A stretch of DNA of 48,886 bases from contig CAYXPI010000002.1 of NCBI GenBank assembly GCA_964467005.1, forward strand, positions 1 through 48,886. Direction: 5' to 3'. Each line of letters begins with the position of its first letter. Position 1 is the stretch's first letter. The translations under genes and the position numbers were made by a program. Source of the DNA: an uncultured Limibaculum sp. Lineage in GTDB: Bacteria; Pseudomonadota; Alphaproteobacteria; Rhodobacterales; Rhodobacteraceae. Shown here in pieces: positions 8,545-19,000 of the stretch. The notes under the pieces are model-generated. The model was not told where the DNA came from. It made no database searches and was given only the letters and a program-made list of their open reading frames with translations.

Positions 8545-9882
8545 ATGGCCGAGACGGTTCTCTACGCGACGCGGATCCTCGCGATCCAGGGCGACCTCCT
8601 GGAGGTGGCGCTGCCGCCGAGCGCTGCCGCTGCCCCCTGCTTCGGCGATCTGGCGGAGATCCGTGAGGGCGACGGCCGGCCACGGCTCGCCCAGGTGGTG
8701 CGACTCGCTCAGGGTGCGGCCGCGCTTCAGGTCTTTGCCGGGGCCAAGGGGATCTCGACCGAGGCGCGGGTCCGCTTCCTCGGCCACCCCCCGCGGGTCA
8801 CCTTCTCGGCCAACATCCTCGGCCGGGTGCTCGGCGGCGAAGGGAGCCCTGTGGATGGCGGCCCGCCGCTCGACCTCGAGCCCGTGATCGAGATCGGCAC
8901 CCCCTCGGCCAACCCCGCGCGCCGTCGGCTCGCCAGCCGCATGATCCGCACCGACGTGCCGATGATCGACCTCTTCAACTGCCTGGTGGAGAGCCAGAAG
9001 ATCCCGATATTCTCGGTCTCGGGCCAGCCCTACAACCCGTTCCTCGCCCGCGTCGGCATCCAGGCAGACGCGGATGTGGTGGTGTTCGGCGGCATCGGCC
9101 TCCTCTTCGACGACTATTGGCGCTTCCGCACCGCCTTCGAGGACGCCGGCGTCTTCGCGCGCACCGTGATGGTGGTGAACCAGGCCTCGGACCCCATCGT
9201 GGAGCGCCTTTTGGTGCCCGACATGGCCCTGGCCATCGCCGAGCGTTTCGCCGTCGAGGCCAAGAAGCGGGTGCTCGTGCTCCTCACCGACATGACGGCC
9301 TATGCGGACGCGCTCAAAGAGATCGGCATCTCGATGGAGCGCGTGCCGTCCAACCGCGGCTATGTGGGCGATCTCTACTCCCAGCTCGCCAAGCGCTACG
9401 AGAAGGCGGCGGATTTCGAGGGCGGCGGCTCGGTCACCATCCTCACCGTCACCACCATGCCGGGCGACGACGTCACCCATCCGGTGCCGGACAACACTGG
9501 CTACATCACCGAAGGGCAGTTCTACCTCCATTCGGGCGTGATCGACCCCTTTGGCTCCCTCTCCCGCCTCAAGCAGCACGTGATCGGCAAGCGCACCCGC
9601 GAGGATCACGGGGCGGTGATGAACACGATGATCCGCTTCTACTCAGAGGCGCGGGAGGCCGAGCAGAAGCAGGCGATGGCGTTCGAGCTCTCGGATTACG
9701 ACCGGAAGCTCTTGCGCTTCGGCGCGCTCTTCCGCCAGCGGTTCATGGATCTCGAGGTGGCGATGCCGCTCGAGGCGGCGCTCGATCTCGGCTGGGAGAC
9801 GCTGGCGGCCTGTTTCGAGCCGGACGAGCTCCTCATGAAGCGCGCGCTGGTCGAGGCCTACTATCCGGGAGGCGCGGGCTGA
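8545..9882 (+). CDS. ntpB: V/A-type ATP synthase subunit B
   Basis: SQKIPIFS, VLVLLTDMTAYADALKEI, PSNRGYVGDLYSQLA..YEKA, THPVPDNTGYITEGQ and GSLSRLKQ. Confidence 0.95.
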   Translation: MAETVLYATRILAIQGDLLEVALPPSAAAAPCFGDLAEIREGDGRPRLAQVVRLAQGAAALQVFAGAKGISTEARVRFLGHPPRVTFSANILGRVLGGEGSPVDGGPPLDLEPVIEIGTPSANPARRRLASRMIRTDVPMIDLFNCLVESQKIPIFSVSGQPYNPFLARVGIQADADVVVFGGIGLLFDDYWRFRTAFEDAGVFARTVMVVNQASDPIVERLLVPDMALAIAERFAVEAKKRVLVLLTDMTAYADALKEIGISMERVPSNRGYVGDLYSQLAKRYEKAADFEGGGSVTILTVTTMPGDDVTHPVPDNTGYITEGQFYLHSGVIDPFGSLSRLKQHVIGKRTREDHGAVMNTMIRFYSEAREAEQKQAMAFELSDYDRKLLRFGALFRQRFMDLEVAMPLEAALDLGWETLAACFEPDELLMKRALVEAYYPGGAG

Positions 9883-10487
9883 TGGCGCGGCTCTCGCTCT
9901 CGAAAGCGCAGCTCGCGCGCGAGACCCAGGCGATGGCGCAGTATCGCCGCTATCTCCCGGCGCTCGACCTGAAGCGCAAGCAGCTCCTCCAGGAGCGTCA
10001 GACCGCGGGCGCGCGCCTGGCCGCGCTCAAGGCCGAGATCGCCGAGCGGGTGGCCGCGGTGGGGGCCGAGCTGCCGATGCTCGCCAACCGCGAGATCGCG
10101 CTCGATGGGGTGGTGCGGATCCGGTCGATCGAGGTGACCACGCGCAATCTCGTGGGCCTGCGGGTCCCGGTGCTGGCGGGTCTCGAGACCGAGCGGGCGC
10201 CCTACGGGCTCCTCGTGCGGCCGCATTGGGTCGACCGGCTGTCCGAGAGGTTGGAGGAGGTGCTTCGCCGGGAAGTCGAAGCCCGGCTCCTGGCCGAGGA
10301 GATCGTCCTCCTCGACGCCGCCATCGTGAAGGTCATGCAGCGGGTCAACCTCTTCGAGAAGGTGCTGATCCCGCGGGCCGAGGCCAACATCAAGCGCATC
10401 CGCATCGCGCTCGGCGACATAGCCCGGGCCGCTGTGGTCACCTCGAAGATCGCCAAGTCGAAGCGCGCACAGGGGGCGGCGGCATGA
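9882..10487 (+). CDS. ntpD: V/A-type ATP synthase subunit D
   Basis: YLPALDLKRKQL and QRVNLFEKVLIP; TGATG overlap with subunit B. Confidence 0.92.
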   Translation: MARLSLSKAQLARETQAMAQYRRYLPALDLKRKQLLQERQTAGARLAALKAEIAERVAAVGAELPMLANREIALDGVVRIRSIEVTTRNLVGLRVPVLAGLETERAPYGLLVRPHWVDRLSERLEEVLRREVEARLLAEEIVLLDAAIVKVMQRVNLFEKVLIPRAEANIKRIRIALGDIARAAVVTSKIAKSKRAQGAAA

Positions 10488-12253
10488 GCATCGCGCCGAT
10501 GATGCGCGCGGTCCTCTGCGGGCCGCTGCGGGAGAAGGCGGACACGCTGGCCGCGCTTCAGGCGATGGGGTGCCTGCATCTCGTGCCATTGTCCGAGCCC
10601 GGGCCGCTTGAGCCGACGGGCGAGGCGGAGCGGCGTCGGGCCACCGCGGCCTGGCGCCATCTCATGGACGCGCCGCGGCGCCTGCGCCCCTGGCCGGCGG
10701 AGCGTCCGCTAGATCTTCCCGCGGTGGTGAACGACGTCCTGTCCAACAAGGGCCGCCTCCGCAGCCTTTCCGAGCGGCGGGACTTTCTGCAGGCCCGCAT
10801 CGGCGCGCTCGAACCCTTCGGGGATTTCGCGCTCCCGCCGGTGGCCGAGCGGCGGGGCATGCGGCTCTGGTTCTACGATCTGCCGGTCAAGCATCGCCGG
10901 GCGCTCGACGGGGTGACGCTGCCATGGGCGGTCGTGGGTCAGGTGGGCAGTCGGCTCCATGTGGCGGTGGTCGCCCGCGAGGAGCCACCGGCCGATCTTC
11001 TCCCAGTGCCGCGCACCCGCACCGGCTCGCGCCGGCTCTCCGCGCTCCGCCACGAGCTCGAGGAGGTGGAAATCGAGATCGAGCGCGCGGAGGCGGAGCG
11101 GGCCGAGCTCACCCGTCACCGCCGCGCCCTCGGCCGGCGGTTGGCCCAGGCCGCGGACGCGGACGACCGGGCCGCCGCCGCCGCCATGAGCCGGGACGAC
11201 GATCGACTCTTCGCCCTCGCCGCCTGGGCCCCGGCCGAGGCGGCCGACCGCCTCTCGGACTTTGCCACAGCGCGCGGCCTCGCCCTCACCCTCGACCTCG
11301 CGGGACCCGAGGACCGTCCGCCGACCCTCCTCGAGGCTGACGGGCCCTTTGCCGCCGCGGCCGATCTCACGCGCTTTTACATGACGCCGGGCTACCGGTC
11401 CTGGGACCCCTCGCTGATCGTCTTCGCCTCCTTCGCGCTCTTCTTCGCGATGATCCTCGCGGATGCGGGCTATGCAGCACTCCTCGGCCTTGGGCTCTGG
11501 GCCGCGTGGCGACGCATCGGGCGGAGCGCCACGGGCCGACGCGCGCGCCGCATGCTCGCGGCCATCCTGGCCGTCGCCGGGGCCTACGGCGTGCTCGCGG
11601 GCAGCTATTTCGGCGTCGCACCCGGGCAGGGGACGGTGCTCGGTGCGCTTCACCTCATCGATGTCGGCGACTTCGCGACGATGATGGCGGTCTCGATCGG
11701 CATCGGGGTTCTGCACATCTCGCTGGCCAATCTGCAGGTGGCCTGGCGCGCCCGGGGCTGGCCCGTGCGGGCGGAGAAGCTCGGCTGGATCGCGGTCACC
11801 TGGGCCGGGTTCTTACTTTGGCTCGCGCCGGGGCCCGTCTGGTGGGTGGTTCTCGCGGGCGGGATCGTCGCCGTTGCCCTCGGGGCGGCGCTTGCGGGAG
11901 CGGAGGGGCCGCTCGCCCGCCTCGGCGCCGGGGCAAAGGCGCTGACCGGCCTCACCGGCCTTTTCGGCGACGTCTTGAGCTATATGCGCCTCTTCGCCCT
12001 CGGCCTCGCCTCGGGGACCCTCGCGGCCACCTTCAATGACATCGCCGGCCGCCTCGCCGCGGAGGTGCCTGGGGCGGGGGTCGCCCTCGCGCTTCTGGTC
12101 CTCCTCCTCGGCCACGGCGTGAACCTCGCCCTCGGCATCCTCTCGGGCGTCGTCCACGGGCTCCGGCTCAACTTCATCGAGTTTTTCGGCTGGGGGCTCT
12201 CGGAGGAGGGCTACCCGTTCCAGGCTTTCGCAAACAGGGAGAGGGTCGCATGA
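10484..12253 (+). CDS. ntpI: V/A-type ATP synthase subunit I (a)
   Basis: FFAMILADAGY, essential Arg in DVLSYMRLFALGLA, HGLRLNFIEFF; ATGA overlap with D. Confidence 0.93.
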   Translation: MSIAPMMRAVLCGPLREKADTLAALQAMGCLHLVPLSEPGPLEPTGEAERRRATAAWRHLMDAPRRLRPWPAERPLDLPAVVNDVLSNKGRLRSLSERRDFLQARIGALEPFGDFALPPVAERRGMRLWFYDLPVKHRRALDGVTLPWAVVGQVGSRLHVAVVAREEPPADLLPVPRTRTGSRRLSALRHELEEVEIEIERAEAERAELTRHRRALGRRLAQAADADDRAAAAAMSRDDDRLFALAAWAPAEAADRLSDFATARGLALTLDLAGPEDRPPTLLEADGPFAAAADLTRFYMTPGYRSWDPSLIVFASFALFFAMILADAGYAALLGLGLWAAWRRIGRSATGRRARRMLAAILAVAGAYGVLAGSYFGVAPGQGTVLGALHLIDVGDFATMMAVSIGIGVLHISLANLQVAWRARGWPVRAEKLGWIAVTWAGFLLWLAPGPVWWVVLAGGIVAVALGAALAGAEGPLARLGAGAKALTGLTGLFGDVLSYMRLFALGLASGTLAATFNDIAGRLAAEVPGAGVALALLVLLLGHGVNLALGILSGVVHGLRLNFIEFFGWGLSEEGYPFQAFANRERVA

Positions 12254-12696
12254 CCGAGCTGGTCGTCGCACTCGGATGGGTGGGCATCTACGGGGCCATG
12301 GCGCTCGCCGCCATCGGCTCGATCATGGGCTGCGCGGTGGCGGGGCAAGCGGCCATCGGTGCGATGATGGAGACCTCGGGCGGCTACGGGCGCTATGTGG
12401 GGATCTCCGCCATGCCCTCTTCGCAGATCATCTTCGGCATCGTCATCATGTTCTCGCTCCAGCAGGAGGTGACGGCGGCCAATGGCGGCGCGCTCTTCGC
12501 CATCGGCACGCTGGCGGGGCTTGCGCTGATGATGAGCGGGATCTGGCAGGGCCGGGCCTGCGCCTCCGCGATCATGGCCGCGAAGGACAAGCCCGAGATC
12601 TTCGGTCTCGCGCTCGCACCGGCGGCGATCGTCGAGGGCTTCGCGGTCTTCGCCTTCGTCTTTGCGCTGGTGCTTGCCGGCAGCATCCCGGGCTGA
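12250..12696 (+). CDS. ntpK: V/A-type ATP synthase subunit K (c), 4-TM double-hairpin proteolipid
   Basis: 148 hydrophobic aa; SAMPSSQIIFG, SGIWQG and a single carboxylate in AIVEGFAVFAFVF. Confidence 0.92.
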   Translation: MTELVVALGWVGIYGAMALAAIGSIMGCAVAGQAAIGAMMETSGGYGRYVGISAMPSSQIIFGIVIMFSLQQEVTAANGGALFAIGTLAGLALMMSGIWQGRACASAIMAAKDKPEIFGLALAPAAIVEGFAVFAFVFALVLAGSIPG

Positions 12697-12706
12697 GGGG
12701 CGGGCC

Positions 12707-13393
12707 ATGAGCGAGACCGGGCAGGCGACGGCGGCGGGCATCGAGGCGCTCATCCAGCGGCTCCGCGCCGAGGGGGTGGCCGAGGGCGAGGCGGAGGCCA
12801 ACCGGCTCGTGGCCGACGCGGAGGCGCGGGCGCGCGAGATCGTCGAGGCCGCGCGCACAGAGGCGGCGGCGGAGCGGGCCCAGGCCCAGGCCGAGGCCGA
12901 GCGGCTGAAGCGGGGCGGCGAGGAGGCGCTGAAAATCGCCATGCGCGACGCGGTTCTCGAGCTTTCGGCCTCTCTCAGCCACCGCTTTGCCGAGCGGATC
13001 GAGGCGCGGCTCCAGGCGCTGACCGAGGACGACGCAACGCTCGAGCGCATGATCCTGGCCGTGGCGGGGCGCGCGCGGGCGGAGGCGGGGGCAGACGCGG
13101 CCGAGCGGCTCGAGATCGTGCTGCCGCGGGCGGCCGTCGGGCTCGACGATCTCCGCCGAAATCCCGAAGAGCTTCGCGCGGGCACGCTCAGCCATTTCGT
13201 GGCCAGCGAGGCCGCGGCGATGCTGCGCGAGGGCGTCACCTTCTCGCGCGCCGGCGATGGCACCGGCGGGATCCGCATGGTGCTGACGGAGGAGGGCCTC
13301 AGCGTCGATCTGACCGACGCGGCCATCGCCGAGCTCATCCTCGCCCATCTCCAGCCCCGCTTCCGCGCGCTCCTCGAAGGGGTGGTGAGCTGA
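12707..13393 (+). CDS. ntpE: V/A-type ATP synthase subunit E
   Basis: N-terminal Ala/Glu coiled coil (GIEALIQRLRAEGV..GEAEA), C-terminal VDLTDAAIAELILAHLQPRFRALLEG; operon context. Confidence 0.85.
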   Translation: MSETGQATAAGIEALIQRLRAEGVAEGEAEANRLVADAEARAREIVEAARTEAAAERAQAQAEAERLKRGGEEALKIAMRDAVLELSASLSHRFAERIEARLQALTEDDATLERMILAVAGRARAEAGADAAERLEIVLPRAAVGLDDLRRNPEELRAGTLSHFVASEAAAMLREGVTFSRAGDGTGGIRMVLTEEGLSVDLTDAAIAELILAHLQPRFRALLEGVVS

Positions 13394-14097
13394 TGGGCCA
13401 GTACGTTACGCTGATGGCGAGCCTGCCGGCCCTCGGCCCCGTCCTCGGCGCCAAGCGCGCGCCCATCCTCCGGCCCCGGCTGGAGGCGCGGCTGAAGCTC
13501 CTCGCGCCCGAGCACCGGGCCGAGCTCGACGCGCTGATGCAGGCGCTCACTTGGCGTGGTTGGGGGCTCTCGGCGAGCGATGCGGAGTTCCTCGCGGCCG
13601 CCCGCCGCACCGAGGCGCGGCTGGCCAGTCCGACGCTGCGCCGCCTCCTCCGCGACCGGTTGGAGCTTCGCACCCTGGTTGCGGCCCTCCGCCGTCGCGC
13701 GGCCGGCGAAGGCCCCCCGCCGCCGGACCGGGCGTGGGGCGCCGGGCGCTATCTCCGCCGCATCGTCGAGAACTGGTCCGACCCCGGTTTTGGCGTGGCC
13801 GCGGCCTTTCCCTGGGTGCTGCCGGCACGCGACGCGCTGGAGCGCGGGGCGACGACAGCGCTCGAGCGGCTCCTTCTCGAGGCCGCCTGGCACCAGACCG
13901 AGCGCCACGGGACGGGCCACGACTTCGACTTCGACGCGGTCGCGCTCTACACCGTGCGCTGGAGCCTCCTCGATCGCTGGACCCATTACGACGCCGAGCA
14001 CGCCGCCCAGCGCTTCGACCGCCTCCGCGAGACGGCCCTTCAGCGCCTGCCAGAGGCCCTTACCCCCGGCACCCACCGCCTGGAGGCCGAGCCATGA
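13393..14097 (+). CDS. DUF2764-type V-ATPase subunit C-like protein
   Basis: N-terminal Y..LMASLPAL and C-terminal HDFDFDAVALY.....LLDRW; located between E and A as in chlamydial-type operons. Confidence 0.8.
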   Translation: MGQYVTLMASLPALGPVLGAKRAPILRPRLEARLKLLAPEHRAELDALMQALTWRGWGLSASDAEFLAAARRTEARLASPTLRRLLRDRLELRTLVAALRRRAAGEGPPPPDRAWGAGRYLRRIVENWSDPGFGVAAAFPWVLPARDALERGATTALERLLLEAAWHQTERHGTGHDFDFDAVALYTVRWSLLDRWTHYDAEHAAQRFDRLRETALQRLPEALTPGTHRLEAEP

Positions 14098-15947
14098 CCG
14101 AGACCGCGCCCGCCGAGGCCACCGCCGAGATCGTCGCCGTGCAGGAGGACATCGTGCGCCTCGCCCTCCGCGACCGGGAGGCGGGCCGGCTGATGAAAAA
14201 CGAGGTGGTCCACATCCATCCCCGTCGCCTTCCGGGAGCGGCGCTCCAGGCCGAGATCCTGCGCGTCTCGGGCGGGGAGGCGGACGCCCAGGTCTATGAG
14301 AGCACGATGGGCGTGGGCCTCGGCGACCCGGTCACCCAGTCCGGGCAGCTCCTCTCGGTGCGGCTGGGGCCCGGGCTCCTCGGCCAGGTCTATGATGGGC
14401 TGCAGTCGCCGCTCGAGGTGCTGGCCCAGGGTCACGGGCTCTTCTTGCCGCGCGGTGTCGCCGCGCCGGGCCTCGACGAGAGCGTGAAATGGGCCTTCAC
14501 CGCGGGTGTGCGCATCGGCGCGGAGGTGACGGGCGGCGACGCGCTCGGCACCGTGCCGGAGGGCGTGATCACCCACAAGATCCTGGCCCCCATCGGCATC
14601 GACGAGCCCGTGGAAGTGACCTGGATCCGCGACGGGCCGGTGACCGTGACCGACCCCATCGCGCGCCTCAAAGGCGCCGCGGGGCGAGAGCGCACGGTGA
14701 CGCTCGCGCAGGATTGGCCAGTGCGGATGGCGCTCCCCGGGCCGCTCCTCGCACGGCGGGCGAGCCTCCGCCTCTACCCGGATACGCCGATGACCACGAA
14801 GCAGCGGCTGATCGACACCGTCTTTCCCGTCGCCCAGGGCGGCACCGCCTGCATCCCCGGCCCCTTCGGCGCGGGCAAGACCGTGCTGCAAAACCTGATC
14901 TCTCGCCACGCGGATGTGGATGTGGTGGTGGTGGTCGCCTGCGGCGAGCGCGCCGGTGAGGTGGTGGAGACGATCACCGAGTTTCCGAAGCTCAAGGACC
15001 CGCGGACCGGTGGCTCGCTGATGGACCGGACCGTGATCGTCTGCAACACCTCCTCCATGCCCGTCGCGGCGCGGGAGGCGTCGATCTACACCGGCCTCAC
15101 CATCGCCGAGTATTACCGCCAAATGGGGCTGCGGGTGCTCTTGATCGCGGACTCGACCTCCCGCTGGGCGCAGGCGATGCGCGAGACCTCGGGCCGCCTC
15201 GAGGAGATCCCGGGCGAGGAGGGCTTCCCCGCCTATCTCGACAGCGCGGTGAAGGGGATCTACGAGCGCGCGGGCGTGATCCGAACCAATGACGCCTCGG
15301 TGGGCTCGCTCACCATGATCGGCACCGTCTCGCCCGCGGGCGGCAATTTCGAGGAGCCGGTCACGCAATCGACCCTCGGCGCGGTGAAGTGCTTTCTCGG
15401 GCTCTCGGCGGAGCGGGCCTACAAGCGCTTCTATCCGGCGGTGGATCCGCTTCTCTCCTGGTCCCGCTACCGCGAGCAGCTGGCCCCGTGGTACGCCCGC
15501 GAGATGGGGCCCGGCTGGGCGGCCAAGATCGAGGGCATGCTCCGCCTGCTCATCCGCGGCGCCGAGATCCAGCAGATGATCCAAGTGACCGGCGAGGAGG
15601 GCGTGAGCCTCGAGGATTTCGTGGCCTACCAGGCGGCCCTCTTCCTCGACATGGTGTACCTCCAGCAGGACGCCTTCGACCCGGTGGACGCCGCCGTGCC
15701 GCTCTCCCGCCAAACCGCGCAATTCGAGCTCGCCTACGGCGCCGCCACCCGGGCCTATGCCTTTGCGAGCCAGGCGGAGGCGCGCGCGCATTTCACCAAG
15801 CTGACCGGGCTGGTCAAAAACCTCAACTACGCGGTTGAGGGCTCGACGGAGGCCGAGCGCCTCCTCGCCGAGATCACGGCCCTCGACCGGTCGGTGCCGG
15901 AACACAGCGCCGCGCGGTCTGCTGAGACGTCGGTGATACAGGGCTGA
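14094..15947 (+). CDS. ntpA: V/A-type ATP synthase subunit A
   Basis: Walker A GPFGAGKT, ACGERAGE, ADSTSRWAQAMRE and VSPAGGNFEEPVTQ. Confidence 0.96.
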   Translation: MTETAPAEATAEIVAVQEDIVRLALRDREAGRLMKNEVVHIHPRRLPGAALQAEILRVSGGEADAQVYESTMGVGLGDPVTQSGQLLSVRLGPGLLGQVYDGLQSPLEVLAQGHGLFLPRGVAAPGLDESVKWAFTAGVRIGAEVTGGDALGTVPEGVITHKILAPIGIDEPVEVTWIRDGPVTVTDPIARLKGAAGRERTVTLAQDWPVRMALPGPLLARRASLRLYPDTPMTTKQRLIDTVFPVAQGGTACIPGPFGAGKTVLQNLISRHADVDVVVVVACGERAGEVVETITEFPKLKDPRTGGSLMDRTVIVCNTSSMPVAAREASIYTGLTIAEYYRQMGLRVLLIADSTSRWAQAMRETSGRLEEIPGEEGFPAYLDSAVKGIYERAGVIRTNDASVGSLTMIGTVSPAGGNFEEPVTQSTLGAVKCFLGLSAERAYKRFYPAVDPLLSWSRYREQLAPWYAREMGPGWAAKIEGMLRLLIRGAEIQQMIQVTGEEGVSLEDFVAYQAALFLDMVYLQQDAFDPVDAAVPLSRQTAQFELAYGAATRAYAFASQAEARAHFTKLTGLVKNLNYAVEGSTEAERLLAEITALDRSVPEHSAARSAETSVIQG

Positions 15948-16058
15948 CAAAATGCGTCTAAGGTCCCCATAGGTTGAATCAGGATCGGCGGCGCCGTGGT
16001 CCGGTGCCCGTCCGTCGACGCACTCGCTGAGACCCACACCTGCCCTTGGGGGAAAGCC

Positions 16059-19000
16059 ATGATCTCCGAAGACCTCGCAGCCCAGTTCTACCGCGGCATC
16101 ACGCGCGCGGAGCCCAGCCCCGCCGACATCCAGACCTATGCGGCCGCCGAGAGCGAGACCGCGGCCATCGAGGCCATCATCCGCGACCAGGGGGCCGAGA
16201 CCCTCCGCGTCGTCACCTTCTACCAGATCTACTACAACCGCCTGCCGGATCTTCCGGGGCTCGACTTTTGGACGGGGGTGGCCCGTGCCCCTGCCGGTAT
16301 CTCCGACGCCGCCCTTGCGGGCGCGTTCTTCGGCGCCGGCGAGTTCGAGACGATCTATGGCGGGCGCGAGACCGAGGACGCGGTGCGCCTCATCTACGAG
16401 AACGTGCTCGGCCGCGAGGCGGACATCCCCGGCCTCGAGTTCTGGACGAACGCCGTCCTCGATCCCGACAACAATTTCGGCCTTCGCGAGCTCGGCCTCG
16501 CCTTCGCCACCGCCTCCGAGACCCAGACGACCTTCGCCCCGCTTCTCGACGATTACCTCACCGACCTTGCCGAGGTCGACACCGCGCCCGCCTCCCTCTT
16601 CAGCTACACCGACAAGGACGGGGGCGGCGGCACGCGCTTCAACGGCGCAGAGGGCAAGTCCACCACCACTTCCATCCAGATCCTCGACAAGGGCACGCCC
16701 GTCGAACTGCTCAACACCGGCGATCTGGGCGCGGACAACGCGGTGGCCGCCGACATCATGAACCTGACCGCGCTGCGCAACGACCCCCGGTTCCAGGGCA
16801 TCGACGGTTCTGGCTTCACGGTGGCGGTGATCGACAGCGGCATCGACCTCGATCACCCGGCATTCGGGCGCCTCACCAACGGCGTCTCGGAGCGCATCGT
16901 GGCGGCGATCGACTTCACGCCGGAGTTCGATGGGCCGGACGACATCAACGGCCACGGCACCAACGTCGCCTCCATCGTGGCCTCGGAGGACCCGCAGTAT
17001 CTGGGCGTCGCCCCGGGCGCCAACATCGCGGGGCTCCAGGCGCTCCAGGCCGACGGCCGCGGCTCCAACGCGGATATCGAGCAGTCCCTCCGCTGGGTGC
17101 TGGAGAACGCCAACGCCTACAACATCGTGGCCGTCAACCTCTCGCTCGGCAACGGCTCCAACCTCAACCGCGCCGCCCCCAACCCGAGCGGCTATGCCGA
17201 CGAGCTCGCGGCGCTCCGCTCCATCGGCGTCGTCGTCACCTCCTCGGCGGGCAACGAGTACTACACCTACCAGGAGCCCGGCACGTCGGACCTCGCGGCC
17301 GATCCCAACGTGATCTCGGTGGGGGCGCTCTGGGACCAGAGCGTTCAAAACTTCTTCTGGAACAGCGGGGCGAAGGATTTCGTCTCGACTGCGGGCGACA
17401 TCACCTCCTTCTCGCAGCGCGCCACCGACCCCTCGATCGACACGATCTTCGCCCCGGGCGCGCTGATCGTCGGCGCGGCGCCGGGCGGGGGCACCGCGGC
17501 CCTCGGCGGCACCAGCCAGGCCGCGCCGCAAGTCGCGGGCCTCGTGGCGCTGGCCCAGGAGATCGCCGTCCAGTATCTCGGCCGGCTCCTCACGCCGCAG
17601 GAGTTCGAGGCCGCCCTTCGCGCCGGCGCCACCACCGTGAGCGACGCCGAGACGCCCAACGACAACGTGCGCAACACCAACGCCGTGTTCCAGCAGGTCG
17701 ACGCCCTCGCAATGGCCGAGGCGATCCTCGCCATCGGCGGGATCGACGACCCCGGAGGCCCGATCGACCCGCCCCCGGGCGCTGAGGACCCCATTCCCGG
17801 CGACGCGACCACCACCGCCGTCATCGCCCCCGGCGGCGCGGTGCAAAGCGTGGTGGATTTCGAGTTCGACAGCGACTGGTTCCGCATCGATCTTGTGGGC
17901 GGCGAGGTCTACACCTTCCGTCTCCAGGGCGCGCCCTCCGGCAACGGCACCCTGGCCGATCCCCTTGTGGCCATCCGCGACGAGGCGGGCCGGGTGCTGG
18001 CCTCGGACGACGACAGCGGGCTCGAGGTGGAATCCGAGCTCGGCTTCGTCGCGCCCGAGACCGGGACCTACTTCCTCGAGGCGCGGGCCTTCGAGGGCGG
18101 CACGGGCACCTATCTCCTCTCGGCGGAGGGCCAGGCGGTGTCGGGCGATCTGCCGGCGGGCCCGTCCACGCCCTCGGTGCTGACCCCGGGCACGGCCGTG
18201 GCGAGCGAGATCGACGAGCTCGGCGACCATGATTGGCACCGCCTCGACGTCACACCGGGCACGACCTATTCGATCTTCCTCACCGGGCTCACCCTCGAGG
18301 ATCCGGTGCTTCAGCTCTTTGCGTCGGACGGCACGCTCCTCGGCGCCAACGATGATTTCGACGGCCTCGACAGTGCCCTCGCCTTCAACGCAGAGGCCGC
18401 GGGCTCCGTCTTCGTGGATGCCGGCGCCTTCGCGGACAACGGAACCGGCACCTACGAGGTCTTCGTCCAGATCGAGAGCCCGGGCGGCGGCGGTGGCGAT
18501 ATCCCGGGCGATCCCTCCACCGCGGCCCGCCTCGCTCCCGGCGACACGGTGGAGGGTGTGCTCGACTTCACCGGCGACACCGACTGGTACCGTCTCGATC
18601 TCGACGCCGGGGTGAACTACGAGTTCGCTCTCCTCGGCGCGTCCTCCGGGGTCGGCAATCTCGAGGACCCGCTCGTCGCGCTCTACGACGCGGCGGGGGT
18701 CGAGCTCGCCTTCAACGACGACGCCCCGGGCACGCTCGACAGCCTCCTCGAATTCCGCCCGATCTCGGACGGCACCTACTACGTGTCCGCCGAGAGCTAC
18801 GACGGCGCGAGCGCGGGCAGCTACCGCCTCAGCATGGCCGCGAGCGGCGGCGGCGGGGGCGGCGGCGACCTGCCGGGCGACGTAACGACGCCCGCCGTCA
18901 TCGCGCCGGGCGAGGCGGTGGCCGATGTGCTCGAAACCCCCGGCGATGTCGACTGGTTCGCGACCGAGCTTTTCGCCGGCACCACCTACACCATCGCGCT

